Origin: Ascidiella aspersa
Taxonomy: Eukaryota
Direction: 5' to 3'
Assembly: GCA_963924565.1 (NCBI GenBank)
Contig: OZ004608.1
Span: 29,512,001 to 29,576,000, forward strand
Length of the DNA stretch: 64,000 bases
The position numbers and the translations under genes were made by a program. Below the pieces are notes generated by a model, which did not search any database, had not been told where the DNA came from, and saw only the letters and a list, made by a program, of their open reading frames with translations. Positions 1 through 14,961 of this stretch are shown here, piece after piece. Every line of letters begins with the position of its first letter. The first letter of the stretch is position 1.

Positions 1-3000
1 AAAGAAATAAAATATCGGTAAAAATAATTATTGTTGTAAAAGGATATGAGGCCCTAGTCTGTGTCAGGTAGTCACACATTGTAATGAATCCTTTATATTG
101 GTTGAATTTGGGTATAAAACTTTTATAATAAAGCCTATACATTTTACACAGACGCCATACCAAGGAACATAATGCCGTTCGGTATTTTTCCACCGAAAAG
201 CAACTCGACACCGAATGTTGCACACTGTTCGACGCGCCGATTGTAACAGAACACTCGCCGTGACGTAGCGTGACGTCAAATGCCAAAAGTGGTTCGGATA
301 AAAGAAGCAACTTTAACACATACCAATGGTACGCGGCAATAGTAGGTGGACAATGGAAAAATGTGTAACGTCACAATATGTGTCGTGCGGAATGGGGCCG
401 GGAGAGACCTGGGGTGGAAATTATCGCTACCATAAATATTCGCCTGCTGCCGAGGCGACATTCCAACGAGCTTTCGGGGCACGACTCAACCCAAGAAAAA
501 AAAAGATAATAATTTAGCACATGTTTTTTTAGAATACGACCTTTAGCCTTTTAAACTAATAAATTAAACAATTACGTTCGCGCAAAAAAAATGAAAAAAC
601 ATTACGCGACTAATAAACTGTACAAAATTAGGTCGTTTGCAAAAAACGCCAACGTAAAATTACAGCGGAAGCCCAGTTACTCAGCTCCCTTAAAATGCAC
701 AACTAAAGTATCTCCACCTTATGTTTTCCCAAAATTATTGACGATTTTTCTAAACTGACAAAAAAGATCAGGCTATAGCCTTTAAACACTCGCTACAAAG
801 TAACTCATAAAAAAAGTTCAGTCGCCTTCAAGAACTCCACAAACACATTACATGGTCGAAACCACAAAAACTTTCCTTGGTACCTTAGAGCCATTAAAGT
901 CATCGAGAAAATGATCGATAGGCAGAGTATGTTCTCCACGGTTGGCAGGTTATAAGGGTGCAAAGAAAATAGAATTCTCTCAAAATCGAAAACACGCCAG
1001 TTGACTTTTTATCATTGTTAAAGTCTGCAGACACACGCGTGTCAGAATAAGCGGGTTGGTCATAAAAAAAATGTGGCTAATCACCAAGTTTTGGCAGAGG
1101 GTGAAACGTTTATTCAGTCCGGTCTCACTGCGTTGAAATATGTTTTAATTATGAAAACGCAACATGCCGTGAATCCACACAAACTTGTTTTTTGTTGTGT
1201 TATTCAGCTCGTGGACATTACTGTATTTTGTTATTTCTGTTAATGAACTATTTTTAATAAATTGGATGTTCTTTCAGCAGTACAAAAGTCGGATCCGAAC
1301 TGCGGTCTGCCAATAGCGTTAGGTGGCCCGGAATGAGTAGTGGCAAATTTCAAAGGAACCATGATAAAAAAGAGGGCCAGCAACTATTGGACTGGCCTTC
1401 AAAACTGGCCAGGTATAAAGGTTGGCGGCGGCGGCGACAGCGGGAGAAACCAGTCTAAATTACACCGTAATAAGCGGTTTACCCCAGCGAACGCAGCGGC
1501 TTTGCGTGACATTCGCCAACGATGCTCCCTAGCCTTGACACGAACAGGTGACATCTTATATTGGACGCATTTATATATATATATAGCTAGATGGATAAAT
1601 AAGTGTACCAATTGGCGGAATAAAGGCCGCGACACAATGTCCCTTATGACGTCACGTCATGTCGTGCGGGCGCGATTCGCCGCTTCTCGTGTTCAACGTC
1701 ATCAAAGGACCTTCGCGCGCGCTTGGAATTGATACCTGCTGGACACTGCCGGGTCAGGTGTCTGTTGTGGGGCCGACCGGGGTGAATTCGGGGGCTCTTG
1801 GCGCGAAAGCAAACCGGCCCCGCACGCGACCCCGTGGGAAAGGTGCACCAGTTTTACACGGGCGTAACGAGTGTTGTGTTTTAACGGAAATTGTAGCAAT
1901 TTTCTGGTTAACGACGTCTTTATGGAGAAGCAATTGAACGCAAATGTATTTGATAATTTCTCCTATATGTATGTGCAATATGTATGTCCAATATATATGT
2001 CCAATCAGCAAATTTCCTACGTTTAATTAGGCTAAGAACAATCGCTAAGTTAAAATAATAAGTTGCAGTTGCACATTTTATGCTTGCGGTACCAAAGCAA
2101 TTAGATTCACATCATAAATGTAAAATCGTGTTTAAAATGAACTTGACATTGATTTACTAAATATGCTTCCAGTCGAATCCTATCAGTATCCCACAAAAGG
2201 ACCGTATAATATATTTCAAAAAATCTATAGTTCAAAACGGCAACAAAAAACTGAAAACTGATAACAGATTTACATGTAAAGATTTAACAGTAAAACCTGA
2301 ATTTAACTAAAAATCTCATAAGCCAAACGTTGTATTAATGGCACCGACTCGTTTCGTGATAATTTATCTCCGGGTAAAACAACAAACAACGTTCCAACTA
2401 CAAAACGGAGTTGACACTCGGTTTAATTAAAGTTTTATCTGATTTATGACTACACTCATTTTTTGGCACCCAGACGTCAAGCGTAATTTGCAGACCCCAT
2501 AAAGGAGAAAATAACATTGTTTAAAAGTGCCCACTAAATGGCTTTAAAGTTATTTTTTATCTTATTAGATCTTCTATAATTTTATGTCCTCATAATTATC
2601 CCTGTATTTAGAGTTAAGTGTAATATTACGATCACAGGATCTGTTATAACGACTTAATGTTTTACTATTTCCAAAATAACACCAAGTGTTAAAGGTTGCG
2701 AGCAGGATACATGCAAACATCAGATGTGATGATTTACTATTATCGTGGTGTCGTCAGCGAAAATTGTAATAACTACAAAACATCTATGGTGAGTCAAGTT
2801 TCGAGTTGCCTCAAAATGCAAATTATTATGGAACAACGTTTGACCCCTTGATATGTTGTGCGCGCAAAACTCCGAATCGTCAAAAACAAAAACACGCCAA
2901 CATGTTTGCAAGCCGGAAGAGACAATTTTGCACTCGGCCAATTTCTCCTGAAAAAGTTACATTTGATGGCGTGAGTCAACAGCAGGTAAATATGCGACTA

Positions 3001-6000
3001 AACGTACCATAAGGACGTATGCGTGCGTCAGGGCAAACTAGCGACAAACACGAATAGGAATAAGCGACATAATAACAGGCTCTATATCGCGTGTCGCGGG
3101 CGAAATTGCGTCGCGCGACAAGCGACAAACTAACGCGCAGACAAGAATAATTTGCGAGACTTCTTTTGAAGCATTCAGACAATTTAAATTGGCTAGCGAT
3201 TTCGAGAATTTTCTTTGAAATGGCGTGAATCACTAAATTGCCGCTTACAGCTAAAGGACAATAAAACAGGACGAGTATCGTCTGGGCAGAACTGAATATG
3301 TCAAAACAACATGCCTCAGAAATTGGCGTCCCTAAATTCACCCGCCGTGTGATTGTAGTACACGTATTGGGCGATGCTTAATTGCATTTGCAAGGGGAGA
3401 AAGGGTATTGGCAAGATAGAAGATTCGTAAACATTTAATCACGTTTTCGTGATTTAGGAATCTGGAATAACCAATGCTAACCATTAATCGCATCTATGCC
3501 AAACTGGTGTCATTTTTATTGCAGGAATGAAACGTGTTAAATTCTAACTATACACATCAAATTACATTTAGGTAAACAAAGTATATTTCGCCCAAAATTG
3601 AATTTTCAATATCTTATTTTGTAATTGTTTACCCGGCGAATTTTATGTGCTTATTTTGTAGACCACTTGTTTTAAGGGAATATATACATGGAATAGTGAG
3701 AAATGCTGTTTGTTGCAGTATAGGTTTTCAGTATTTGTAAAGTGAGCTCTATATTTACATTCCAAAAATGCCACGAGTCTGTGTTATCTGATTTAGGATG
3801 TAGCAACAGTTAATAAGTTTTCTCTTTTTTTGCTTGATTATAATATTTAATCTATATTTTCGGTATTTTTTTTCTCTTTTCGATTTACGGTAAAACGTCG
3901 ACGAAAACAAATTTAGGATTGAATTCTGGGCACAGAAGCGCCCCGCACATTACGACAGTCGGGAGAACGGCGCGATTTATTGCGACACACTCGTCAATCG
4001 CGCACCGGGGCCCCACAGGGACGCCTAACACTTTGCGCAAACAATTGACGAGAAAAGGCGGCGGAAGCGACACTGAATTTTCAAAGTCGCGCGAATTCCT
4101 GGAAATAACTGGAAAAAGCCTAGAACCCAGCAAAATCGACTTACTGTGCGTTTACCCCCCAACTTTGGCCACCCCTGGGCCTGGGGCGGCGCCGGGGCCT
4201 TTGATATTACCCGGACGAGTGTGAGTGCACCTGGCGGGTGGATTAGCCCGTGAATAACTCGTAAGCTTTTACAAACGAAGAGCGTGCCTTTGTCGCCGCT
4301 CGTCCTTGCAAAGGCCAACGTAACGAATAGTTCCGGCAAGGGTTTATTGAAATCCGACTTGAAATGTGTGAAATGTAGCTCACACACAGCTTTGTAATAT
4401 TTGAAAGGACTGGACAGATCAAATAATGTTCAATTTACAAAGGCAATTGTTTAAAAATTAACCTAAGCAAATACAATCCCCAAAAGTCGTTTGGATAACA
4501 CTTGGCACCATTTTTGTGGCTGTCTGACTTTCTTTACATTGCTCGGGTGAAAAAAATTGGGTAAAGTCCTTTTTCGAAACTAAGGCCAGGAAAATGCATT
4601 GACCTGAAACAATCTGCATTGAGCAATCACCGATTTTTAAAAGGAGTAAATGTTACAACCATGTACGGTTTTATTTGAATGTGTCATCACGTAACGTCTG
4701 CACACCGTCAAGCAATCTTAATTGCGTCTTTGTCGGCGCTGATACTGAGACTAAGGGAGTATTGTAGCTACCAATCTCCGAGTCCAGAGCTAAAAAAACC
4801 CTTTACCGTTTTTTTTACCTTGGATGTTGGGGAGGGCAGGTAACGCAATACAACAAAACCTATTCAGTGTAATTTCTACAGTCTGTTTCACATCTTTACA
4901 GTTTGTGTTTTACAGGTCGAAAATACCAGGCTTCGCTATGTAAACAAGAGGGCGGGCATCAAAGAGTTTGGCTTAAGGCCCCTTTTTCACAAAATATTGA
5001 TTCAGGCACACAATGCACCAACACACTTAGAAGCCTGCAGCATTCCAACTTCGAATTCCGTTGTTTTGGTGAAAAAAATCCAGACAAACTGCGTCAAAAG
5101 GCAAACACGCCGCGAACCCATAGTGACTCGTCCACAATGAGATACCCGCGAAAGTTCCATGTGAGCACAAGATCGCGTTTGCGACAGGCGCGCAGCAATA
5201 AGGCGAACAATTGCGGTGCCCCGGGTACACACGCGGGTTCCGCCAGTGTATACAGTCGCAAGAACAAAGGCACCGATCGCAGCAGATGTCGGCGGCGATA
5301 AGAAACATCCAGCAGCGGCGAAGGGTCGAGAAGTTGACTGACTTCGCCGATTCGCTTGTGTGACGCGACCCAGCCTGGCCCGTCGTTGCTGCGAAGTCGT
5401 ATTTGAACTACTGCGGTGTCGTGCATCTCCTTTTGAAATTTGCCCGGCGCGGAGGACATGTCGATTTAGGCCGCTGGTCACGTACGGTATGCGAACGAGA
5501 GAGGACATTGAACCTCTTTCGCGTCCTCAAACAACTTTTGACATGATGAGATAAATTAAAAACACCTTTCCCACATGAATATCAGCCTGCAGCAATTTGT
5601 ATGCATTTCAGAGAAAAAAAAGGCACATCAGACTTCATTAAGAAGCAAACGTGTAAACCAGTCATGGGCTTACCAAATATGGGACAAGAAAATTTCCCTA
5701 TTTGTAATCTAAACTGGCCCATTTTTAACCCGACGTGTTATATAAAATTAGGTGTTGTTTTTATCGTCTTTTTACTCTGACGCCGCCCCTGGCACTAACT
5801 GCCATTTACCCGACGACTAACATCGAGGTTTATCGCGGTGTAAACGCACTTTTGACAGATAGGATCAGTCCTATTGCGCAAGTCGCATCAATTTGTCTCG
5901 AAAATAACGACATTCCTGGAGGACAAATTGCTCCTGGCAAGGTCACTTACGGTTGGAGTAAATCGTGCGCTATATTTTGAATCACTTAAATCCAAGAAGG

Positions 6001-8267
6001 ATCAAAATGACACGTTGCTGAGAAAAATGACAAAAACGTCAGGTAGTAGAAATGCAATTTTACAAACACGAAAAACAAACCTGTTATCGTTCGTTGGGTT
6101 GCAACGGGTCTTTCCGTAAATGACATGTAGGTTTAACCTGACCTCGGAGAATATTTAATCCGGTTACTCTACAAACGTGACTATAAAAGTGTGCAGGCCT
6201 AAGGCCATAGAGCAGTGGATATTAACCTCTTTGGCTTTGTCGGACTCCGGCTGTTGCCCTTAGAGCGGTCACGTACCCCCCACCCCCTAATTTATTTTTT
6301 TTTTTGAAAAATTAGTTTAATATGTCTCATAACAGAACCTATACAGTAGAATAAATCAATAAAAAGCTCAAATCACGTGAAAATAGTCACATCGCAATAG
6401 GTAATTAAGCAAATGTTAGCATCTACTACCAAAATAAGCTAAAAACGTTGTTTTATACCATGGTTCATCAATCATGTTGGAAATTTCAAACTTTTGACGG
6501 ACTTCATAAAAACGCTTCAAAAGGGGTCGGCGGGCCCCAGGTGAGAACCTCTTCCATAGATCAAAAATCAACTCAATTATGGCAGTTATGCTGTAACCGC
6601 TTTCGTTACTTAGTACTTCGAATAGGGCCACATTCCTACTTTGATCTAGGACCCCTGTCCCGTTGTCCAGCAAAATGCCTACATGTCGGTCCAATCGCAA
6701 ATCCCTCATCGGGATTGCGACTTTTTGAATAGTCACTTTCAGTTGTTGACATTGGTGAGTAACAGGACAAGGGCACACACAATGGAAAGCGTTTTCGCGG
6801 AAAGTGCTGAACGCTAAAAGGGCAAAATGGAAAGTGACAGCTTATATCGTCGCGGTGCAAAAAAGCTCGTCTCGAAAATATTGTTAGATCTGGAATGCGA
6901 TAAACCAGCACTGGGGATTCTTCATGGCGCTCGTTTAATGCGACAGCCATTTATTTCAGGGTTCCCTCAAAAGAAAACCTGGGCAAGATATATGGCCAGC
7001 GGGGCCAGGCCCGACCAGCCAAGCAACTAAATCCTCCATTTCCGTTTTTTCGAAAAGTTACTCTTTTCAATGCTTTTTTATTATGCTATTGGACAAAAAG
7101 ACTTGTAAAGCAACCACAATTTCCCCATTTTTATCTGCTTGTTAACACAATGTTATATTTACACTCTTCCAAGCACACAATTAACACAATGTATTTTATA
7201 CCTTTTTAAAAAAGATTAACACTTTATCCTGTATTTGACCCGGAACGAGATTTTCTTATTCTCATGCGGCCCCTGTCAAAAACATTTCAAACCGTTACTC
7301 TAAAGGTCTCTATATTGTGATCCTTTTAGAGTTGGGCAACTGCGAACATTTGCTTAGTAAAACAGTTCTCGTGTACTTGTGGTGTCAGTAATATGTTAAA
7401 GTTCAGCAATAAACCTGAAGAAAGCGTACAACGCTTTAGAAAAGCATGAAAGGAGAGAGCTATGTGAATTAAATCTGTGTAGTTTGTTCGTATTTTAGTG
7501 AAATGTTGTATCCATTCTACTTATTCTCAATGTTTGCAACCTATATTCAGAACTCTCCTAACTGAAAAAAAAAATATCCATGCTCACTACAAATAATCAT
7601 TTGCTCATTATAAACATTTCTGGAGCAGGAGTCAAGACTTCCCAAACTTTTTTTGGCTGTAACACTTCTAATTATTTAATACTTCTCGTTAACCTTATAG
7701 GATTAACGGCCATTTATTTTGGCTTGCAATTTGCAACTCAGTTAGAATTGTGTTCTTATGAGTTTTAAAACTTCTATACAAAAAGTCAGAAAATTCATAC
7801 TACTTGTGTAACACAATGTGTGAATTTAGTGTAACCCTATAACTCCCCTGGAGGGTCCTAGTTTACGAACCCTGTTTTAGAGGGAACACTGTTCGATTTC
7901 TTAAAATTCATTGCGTTGTGCTTACATGAGGCTTCATGTCCGTGTTGTGATTGAAAGATTGAGTATAGGCAAACTCTCGAAAACGTCGTCGCGTTTTCTT
8001 ATCAAGCGACTTGGCGCTAAGCTGTTTGTCGGGTCGGTAAGGGAACGTGAGTGGGGATGAAAGCCGTGCCACTTGGAATCGGGAAGCGGTCAAAAGTGCG
8101 CAATGGCCGGATTACCGCTACACAATGGTAGGAATCACACGAGGCGAAACCGCAGCATTGCTCTATCGGACCCAACGCGTAAGATATCATTTTATATTTT
8201 CTGTTTTAACGGGTCAAGCTCAACGTTTGGTTTCAAATCGACCCGCAGTTTAGCAAAGTCCATTTGA

Positions 8268-8445
8268 CTGTATTGTAAACGAGTAATTTTGAAATGACTC
8301 AAGTCCCAGTCAAGTCATTTGTGAAATACCTCAAGTTCAAGTCAAGTCTTTTAAAAAAATAACAAGTCAAGTCCCAGTCCAAGTCATCAGTTGTCAAAGT
8401 CAAGTCATTATTGTTACGACAAGTTCTCTCAAAGTCAAATCACTG
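8268..8445 (+). mobile_element. Fragment of AAGTC-rich MITE family (TIR consensus ~CAGTGTTGTAA)
   Basis: TGAAATGACTCAAGTCCCAGTCAAGTCATT and arrays of (C)AAGTC shared with copies at 14.7, 15.9, 20.4, 25.9 and 27.5 kb. Confidence 0.7.
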
Positions 8446-10109
8446 ATATAATAATAAAACAATAAACCAATAAAATTGATAAATTCGCCCAATCATGAGC
8501 AATAGTTCTACTAAAAAATCTTAAAAAAACACAAATTAAAAAAAATATGTTACACCGTATTCCAGCAGAAATATATTCCCGTGATATACTCAACCCTATC
8601 AAATATAAAACTCTAATTTCATTACCCGGATTACCGTCAGTCGACGAAAGAACTTAAAATAAGCCCAACCCCCTACAAATCGAAAGAAACCCTATCTGGC
8701 AATTGCGCACCGTCGGGAGGATACAGCCCCTTGGGGCACTTCCACAATTCCACCACATACCCCTCACCCCAGGCCCCAGGAAACGGGGTCGACCCGAATG
8801 CACGGCGGACAGCGACGGCCGCGAAACGATAACGAACAACGCCATTGTGGTATCCGAGCGGTTGTGACGCACTTCCGTGTTGCAAACGTCCACACGCCGT
8901 CGTGCGCGTCACAAAGGCACCGTTTGTCGCGTCACAGTGGCCCCTCATCATCGGTTTCGCTGCCCCGGCACATTTTGGCACCCAGTGTAGAAGATAGGGG
9001 TGGTGGGGTGTATGGGGGCGGCTAAAGGCACTTAACGAGATGAAATGTCACTGTTGTCACCGTCTACCAAAATAAACACCGAGCGAAGGGCGCAACCGCA
9101 CGAGATGGTCGAGACAAAAAACAACGCGCGGTCGTGAAGTGATATAAGTTAAAATAGTCGCAAAAACACTTGGCAATAAAACGGGACAAGGGAGTCTTTG
9201 GAATGAGCCCCTTTTTTAAAAAAATGGCGTTTGTTTAACAGTTCGCTGCGAGCATAGAGTAAGTAACATACCTCTTTAAGTTCTTGGTCGTTTGAACGGT
9301 TAATTGGTCGTATGAATGATGTGATGTTATCATGAGATGTCTTGTTTCAAAAGTAGAAAAGCATATAGTCCTCAACGACACGCACCCCGCTTTTAACCTA
9401 ATTTTTATGTGTTATTCATCGACCTTAAAACAAATAAAAAATAGTTAACTGAATTGTTATTTAAAACGCATTGAAAATAAGCATTTAAAAAGAACAAACT
9501 CGCCAGAAGCGTCGTGCGATTTAATTATAAAAATATGTTTTTTTTTGTGCAATTCAATTATAATAAGATGGATCGCAATTGACAAAGGGATGTGTGTGTG
9601 ATAAAGTATCACAAAATGTAAAATGAGCCAAGGGGCGAGCAATTGAAAGACCGACTCCCCAAACAAAAGGAGTTTTTCACGTAACATATCCAATCACAAC
9701 AGCACTCGAACGAATAGACACTGTCTCTTGCAAGTGCCGAGCCAATTTCGCACCCCGATCCCGTGTAGCAACCCAAGACGCGGGGACAAAACACTCGAGC
9801 GACGAAAGACGCCCCTCATAAGCACGCCGGGGGGGGGGGCAATAACAGGCGGCCTCGGTGCCATCTGGCCACGTTCGCGGGCCAAGCGGGGTCTGGTCCG
9901 TGTGAATCGGCACCCCCCGAAAGCGGGGGCCACGCGAGCCTTCTGATGTGGTGGCGCCCCGGTATGCACAGGCATTGTCCGCATATTTTTAACCACAACA
10001 GGAGCGAGTACCGAACGTGGCCCATCTAACTTGCAGCTCACATGTCGAGCGTTGATCGACAAGCGCCCAGCGGACTCACGCGCCACAGTGTTGGGTTGCC
10101 CGTTTAAAG

Positions 10110-10424
10110 CAGGGGTTCTTAAACTGGGATCCATAGACCCCTTGGGGGTACGTAGACTAGTTTCAAGGGGTCCATAACAGCCAAATAGAAATATTGATGT
10201 ATATTTTTAAAAATGGAAAGATAAAGGAGTTTAATTGAAAAAAAAACGCTTTGGTGCCTCCTCCTTAAATGTATGTATAGACTTAATTTTAGTTTCTCAT
10301 TTCTTGAACCAAAAACAACAGGTTTCTTAAGTCTACAGATTTCGGACGTCACTCTAAAAATCCCTGGTCCAGGCGACCCCCCAAAATTTTAGGGGTATAC
10401 GATAAAAAAGTTTAACAATCCCTG
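10110..10424 (+). mobile_element. hAT (Charlie-like) MITE, CAGGGGTTCTTAAACTGGG family, complete
   Basis: TIRs CAGGGG.../...CCCTG; perfect 8-bp TSD GTTTAAAG (10102-10109, 10425-10432). Confidence 0.88.
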
Positions 10425-12073
10425 GTTTAAAGGGAGATGGATAAAAAGTCTAAAAGTTGACTTTATACCGCCGGGAATGACCGATAGTTCGTGTTTTATG
10501 CCGATTCCGAAACTCGGTATTTTAGGCAATAAGTTCAGCCGCCCCATTCGAAACCAAATCGCGTCCTTACAGTTCAATAATCAAAATTTGTTTAAGTTAA
10601 ACGTGCAAATGTAATCCTTTATTGGTCGAAGCCAAAATCGGCGTTCGGAAACTTGCTTTATTCTTAGATTTTTTTTAAAGTTACATTTCAAATAAACGCT
10701 TCCATTTTTTTTTAAATAAGGGGCACAACCATGACTGAAATGCTGAATTTAATTTAGTATCAGAGGGCACCGAAACCCCCCTAGTATCGGACGAATCCTG
10801 TGAAATTTTACTCGTGCAAGCATCGCAATTTTACGGCAAAATAAAGGCTGTTGAGTGTTGATGGTTCCTTCTTTAGAATTACAAAATATTGGCCTCCAAA
10901 AGGTTATTAGGGTGCACTTTTTCTTATCTGGCATTCCGCGATCGTGCCAACGCTTGTTTGATCCACAAACACGGAGCGCTTACCATCAAGGAAACACCAA
11001 ATAATGATTAGGCGCCTAAATTTGTAAAGATGAAGGTATAGCAGCAGATTGGCAGCGCTCCAAACTGCCAATCCCACCATATCTTTTCCGAAAAAATCAG
11101 CGCATTACAAACTCTTTGCAACACCCTCTTTTCCTTCGGGGGTATATCGGTTATGTTTTAGTCGGACAAAGGGGGATTTAGCAAAGAAAACACGCGCAAC
11201 GACTGAGCAAGCAGGAATCGGGCGGTTGGGCCTGTAACGTTATACTGAAAATCAAATCACGGCTACCGTAAGCGCAACACAGCAACATCTATCATGCTTT
11301 CGGGTTGCAAGTTACAAAAGGCGATTGGCCACCGGGTTACTTAACGTCTAGCTACCGGTTCAGCTTTATCTTTGCCAGCGATTTCGCGGTCTAACGGACA
11401 AAAGCGCCCCGCAACTAACAGGGACTGATGGCATCGCCGCCGCTAACCAACCTAAGTGCGTTTAAGCTGGAAAATCGGGTTAGAAAAAGCGGGGGCTATC
11501 TGGAGGCAAATCTGCGCGAAAACGGTGTGATTACACCAGGCGCTGTGCGGTTCCTGGCCAACGACCGCCCAAACAATGGCGTGCATTCAGCGAAGCAAAT
11601 TAGCCCGTTTTGGTAATTGAATGAAGGTTTTTATTCGGCTTGTTGCATCTCTCAGACAGGGTTGACTGAGCTTACGCTATTAATCTAGCCCAAAATCGAC
11701 AGGGCGAACGTCATATCCCTAAAACCAATCGCGCGCGCTGAAACTAAAATGTCGTCCGCTATGCCAAGAGCCAGGTGTCAGGGTCTTAACCTGAACTTAA
11801 AGGCGGGCCATTAAAGTATAAAATATCATTCGTTTGATCATATTCGCTCTGTTGAGATAGGGAAGGCTCTGCTCGAACAAAGAAAGCCGCGGGCGCAGTT
11901 GGAAGGACGTGATCTTATGTGTTCGATGGATGTGTATCGAGTCACAGATACTGTTCATCAGATAGAGTGCGAAAATGCGGGAAAGCCCACGAAGAAGCAT
12001 ATATGCTCACGTCATTGTGGGAACGCTGTTGATTCAACGGTGTATACCATTAGGCATATAGCAACTTCTTAAG

Positions 12074-12408
12074 CAGGGGTTCTTAATCTGGGATCCGTGG
12101 ACCCCTTTGGGGTTACGTGGCCAAGTATAAAAGAGTCGGTGAATGTCTTAATGAAATTTTGGGGTATAATAAATGAAATCTTAGCGTAAAAAGTTAAAAA
12201 AAAAAAGTTTTATTTAAAGATTTTAATTAAAAAAGGGTTTGGCGCCTTCTTAAGTATATTTAAGACTACATTTTGGTTTTTGTTGGACTGAAAACAGCAG
12301 TTTACTTGATTTATAACGTCAATTTATGAGGCGTCTCTAAAAATGTCATGCCGACATTGGTTGACGCAAACCAAAAAAATATTTTAGGGATCCGCGTTAG
12401 AATCTCTG
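12074..12408 (+). mobile_element. hAT MITE, same family as 10110-10424
   Basis: CAGGGGTTCTTAATCTGGGATCC start, AGAATCTCTG end, degenerate TSD TTCTTAAG/TCCTAAAG, internal similarity to the 10.1 kb copy. Confidence 0.8.
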
Positions 12409-13729
12409 TCCTAAAGCCTATATCCAACTGTACTATGCACCAGAGATGTCTATCTGGTAATAAAAAAAAAAAGATTTTAACTTAACAACATCCCTATTTT
12501 CTGGCCACGAGAATTACAGCAAAGGTGTGAACGATTCACGGTTCGGTGAGCGACGATTTAACTACCACATCAGCGAACACGATACCATTTCAAAATCGGC
12601 CCAACCCGACGAAAATGCTCCGCTTTTAAGCACCCAACTATAAAATAATAGCGGCGGGCGAGGCGTGAACCGATATCGTATCCAATAACCATTTCCGACC
12701 GTATACACGCACCACCCTTGCCGCAGGCATTAACCCCCTTACCCTGTCACGACACTATAGCGGGAGAGGCGCCATCAGGCCAGTTGGGGCCAAATTAATA
12801 AAAATGCGACGGCAATCTCGCCACACAAGGCGACCGTATAGTAAATAAAGGGGGTTTTGTTATTGTTATACGAAGCGCGAATATAAGGTTTCTGCTTGTG
12901 TGCTTGGGTGAACGACAAACCACACCCCGCAAGTTCGGTTTGGCCGCTCTGCACGATGTGGGCTGTTTGGCGATCTAAAAAATGCAATATCGAGGCGACA
13001 CTTTTTTTTACATAAAGTATGATGACGTGCGAACCCGGATGCCAAATATTGTTTTGAGGCGACCTAAAATTTGTCACGGAAAAAATTATGTTTTTTGGAA
13101 TAATCAAATCAAGGCGTTTACCTCATTGTAACTAAAGGTGGGCATTCGATATTTATATTAATTTGAAATACCATTTATACTATTATATATCGTTGTATAA
13201 GCACACATAATATTGTTGCACCGATTGTTTATCGTTTGTATGTGCGTTATTGTTTCTCAGTTTTATCGTTTGTACCCGTGTTCTCGTTTTCCTCTTTCTT
13301 TCTCACTCACGTAAAACATATCGGTTTTCCACTTTTGCACCTCACCTTTCACGCTTTATTTCTTATCTTATCACTTTTTTCTCTCGTTGTTGTAGTTGGC
13401 GTAAACGAAAACCTATATCGGCAGTCGTGTTTTGGGGCTAGCTTGAGAATCATTGTAGAAACCCTGGGAATTGACGTTTCTGTCACCTTTTAGGCGCACA
13501 TTTTTACCCTTTTCGTTGTTTTAGTGTTTTATTATTTTACTTGTCGCTTAATTTAATACAATTAAAGACACGCATTGTAGCGCTTGGCAGTCGACAGGCC
13601 GTGAAGTAGAGTTCTGGAATAGTTTAACGTAACAATATGATCTCGGTAAAACACAACGATCGTGTAAAATCACGGGCGGAAGTTCCAGTTTTTATATTTG
13701 TTTTATATTATAAATCAAGGAAACTTTCC

Positions 13730-13968
13730 AATGACTTAAGTCCATGGCCCGACTTAAGTGCATTTAAGACACTGTTTTAAATGACTTAACGTAAGTTTAT
13801 TTTACATAGCATGACTTGATTTGAAGTCATGTTAATGTCTTTTGGGTAAACGACTAGGACTGATGCTTAACTTGTGATTAAAAAAAACTGCTTTCGAGGA
13901 GAAGTATTTGCTAATGACTTCACTTCAAACACTTAAAGTGTTTTTGAAACGGCCAGTTGACAACACAG
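13730..13968 (-). mobile_element. AAGTC-rich MITE family, degenerate copy
   Basis: Repeated GACTT motifs, ends in TGACAACACAG; boundaries approximate. Confidence 0.55.
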
Positions 13969-14671
13969 AAAAACTCTCAAAAATCATTTACCTGATGCAA
14001 AATATGTACAAATCATGAACACAAGTACCAAGCAAAAGCATATTTGCAGATGTTCGACATCCGCGACGTACTGCTACCCTTCGACATTTAGAATTATATA
14101 CCCTTTCCACAGAGGGCCTATTTTTACCACAGCAAACATTTGCGTGACTTGCGGTAATTGGCCGGAATCGTGGCAACCACTTGTCAAACGAGCTCGGCGG
14201 AAACGAAATGAGCAAATCACTACACCGACAACAAACTACATTACGAGGGCTAACGACGTCCTTGGAGATCCAAGTTTCAACCAAACGAGGCTCTATAGGC
14301 TTTGAAACCAGGCTGTCGTAGCTGGTCGGGCGCAGAAAACGCGCAAAACGTTTGCCAAGGTCGAGGCCCCCGACCTTCGTCAAGTCACTGGATCGCCTGG
14401 AGTTTGGCCAATTAACCTATCGCGTGCTGCGACTGCGGAGGCGAAAAATAAATCGCCCCGAAAACTTTACGCCTGTCAGGAGTGCCAGATGCTCAGTGAT
14501 TTGCGCGTGCGGCATTTTCGGGCAATTTAAGGAATATCTGTTACGCCAAGGTGCTTATTCAAACAGCGCCTGACGGAACGAGTGCGGCCTGTCAGAAATT
14601 TTATGATGCTAGCTGTCGAAAAGCGAACGGTGCAAATGTTTACGGTGACGTGAAAAGGGAATCGCGGTTTC

Positions 14672-14961
14672 CAGTGTTATAAACAAGTCATCTCAAAATG
14701 ACTTGTTTAACAAATAGCAATTACAAGTCGCATTGGCCTTAAAATAAATAGGCCTATTAAACTTATAAAATTGGTGAACGCGTTACATCCTGAGGGCTCA
14801 AATAACCCAATTCTAATAAAATGTATTCATTTGAAGCCGTTTAATTTAAGTCAAGTCGTTTGCTAAAATGACTTTCAAAGTCATATTCAGGTCATTTTGA
14901 CCGATAGACTTGGGTTAAGTAATTTTATTTGAAAAAATTGACTTAAGTCATTTTACCACCG
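14672..14961 (+). mobile_element. AAGTC-rich MITE family copy
   Basis: Starts CAGTGTTATAAACAAGTCAT, ends GACTTAAGTCATTTTACCACCG. Confidence 0.65.

Noticed and set aside
4903-5554. Several overlapping 90-170 aa ORFs in a GC-rich block
   Set aside because: ORFs on both strands reflect stop-codon scarcity in GC-rich DNA; no homology or consistent splice pattern. The same applies to similar blocks at 9.7, 35.1, 38.2 and 46.5 kb.
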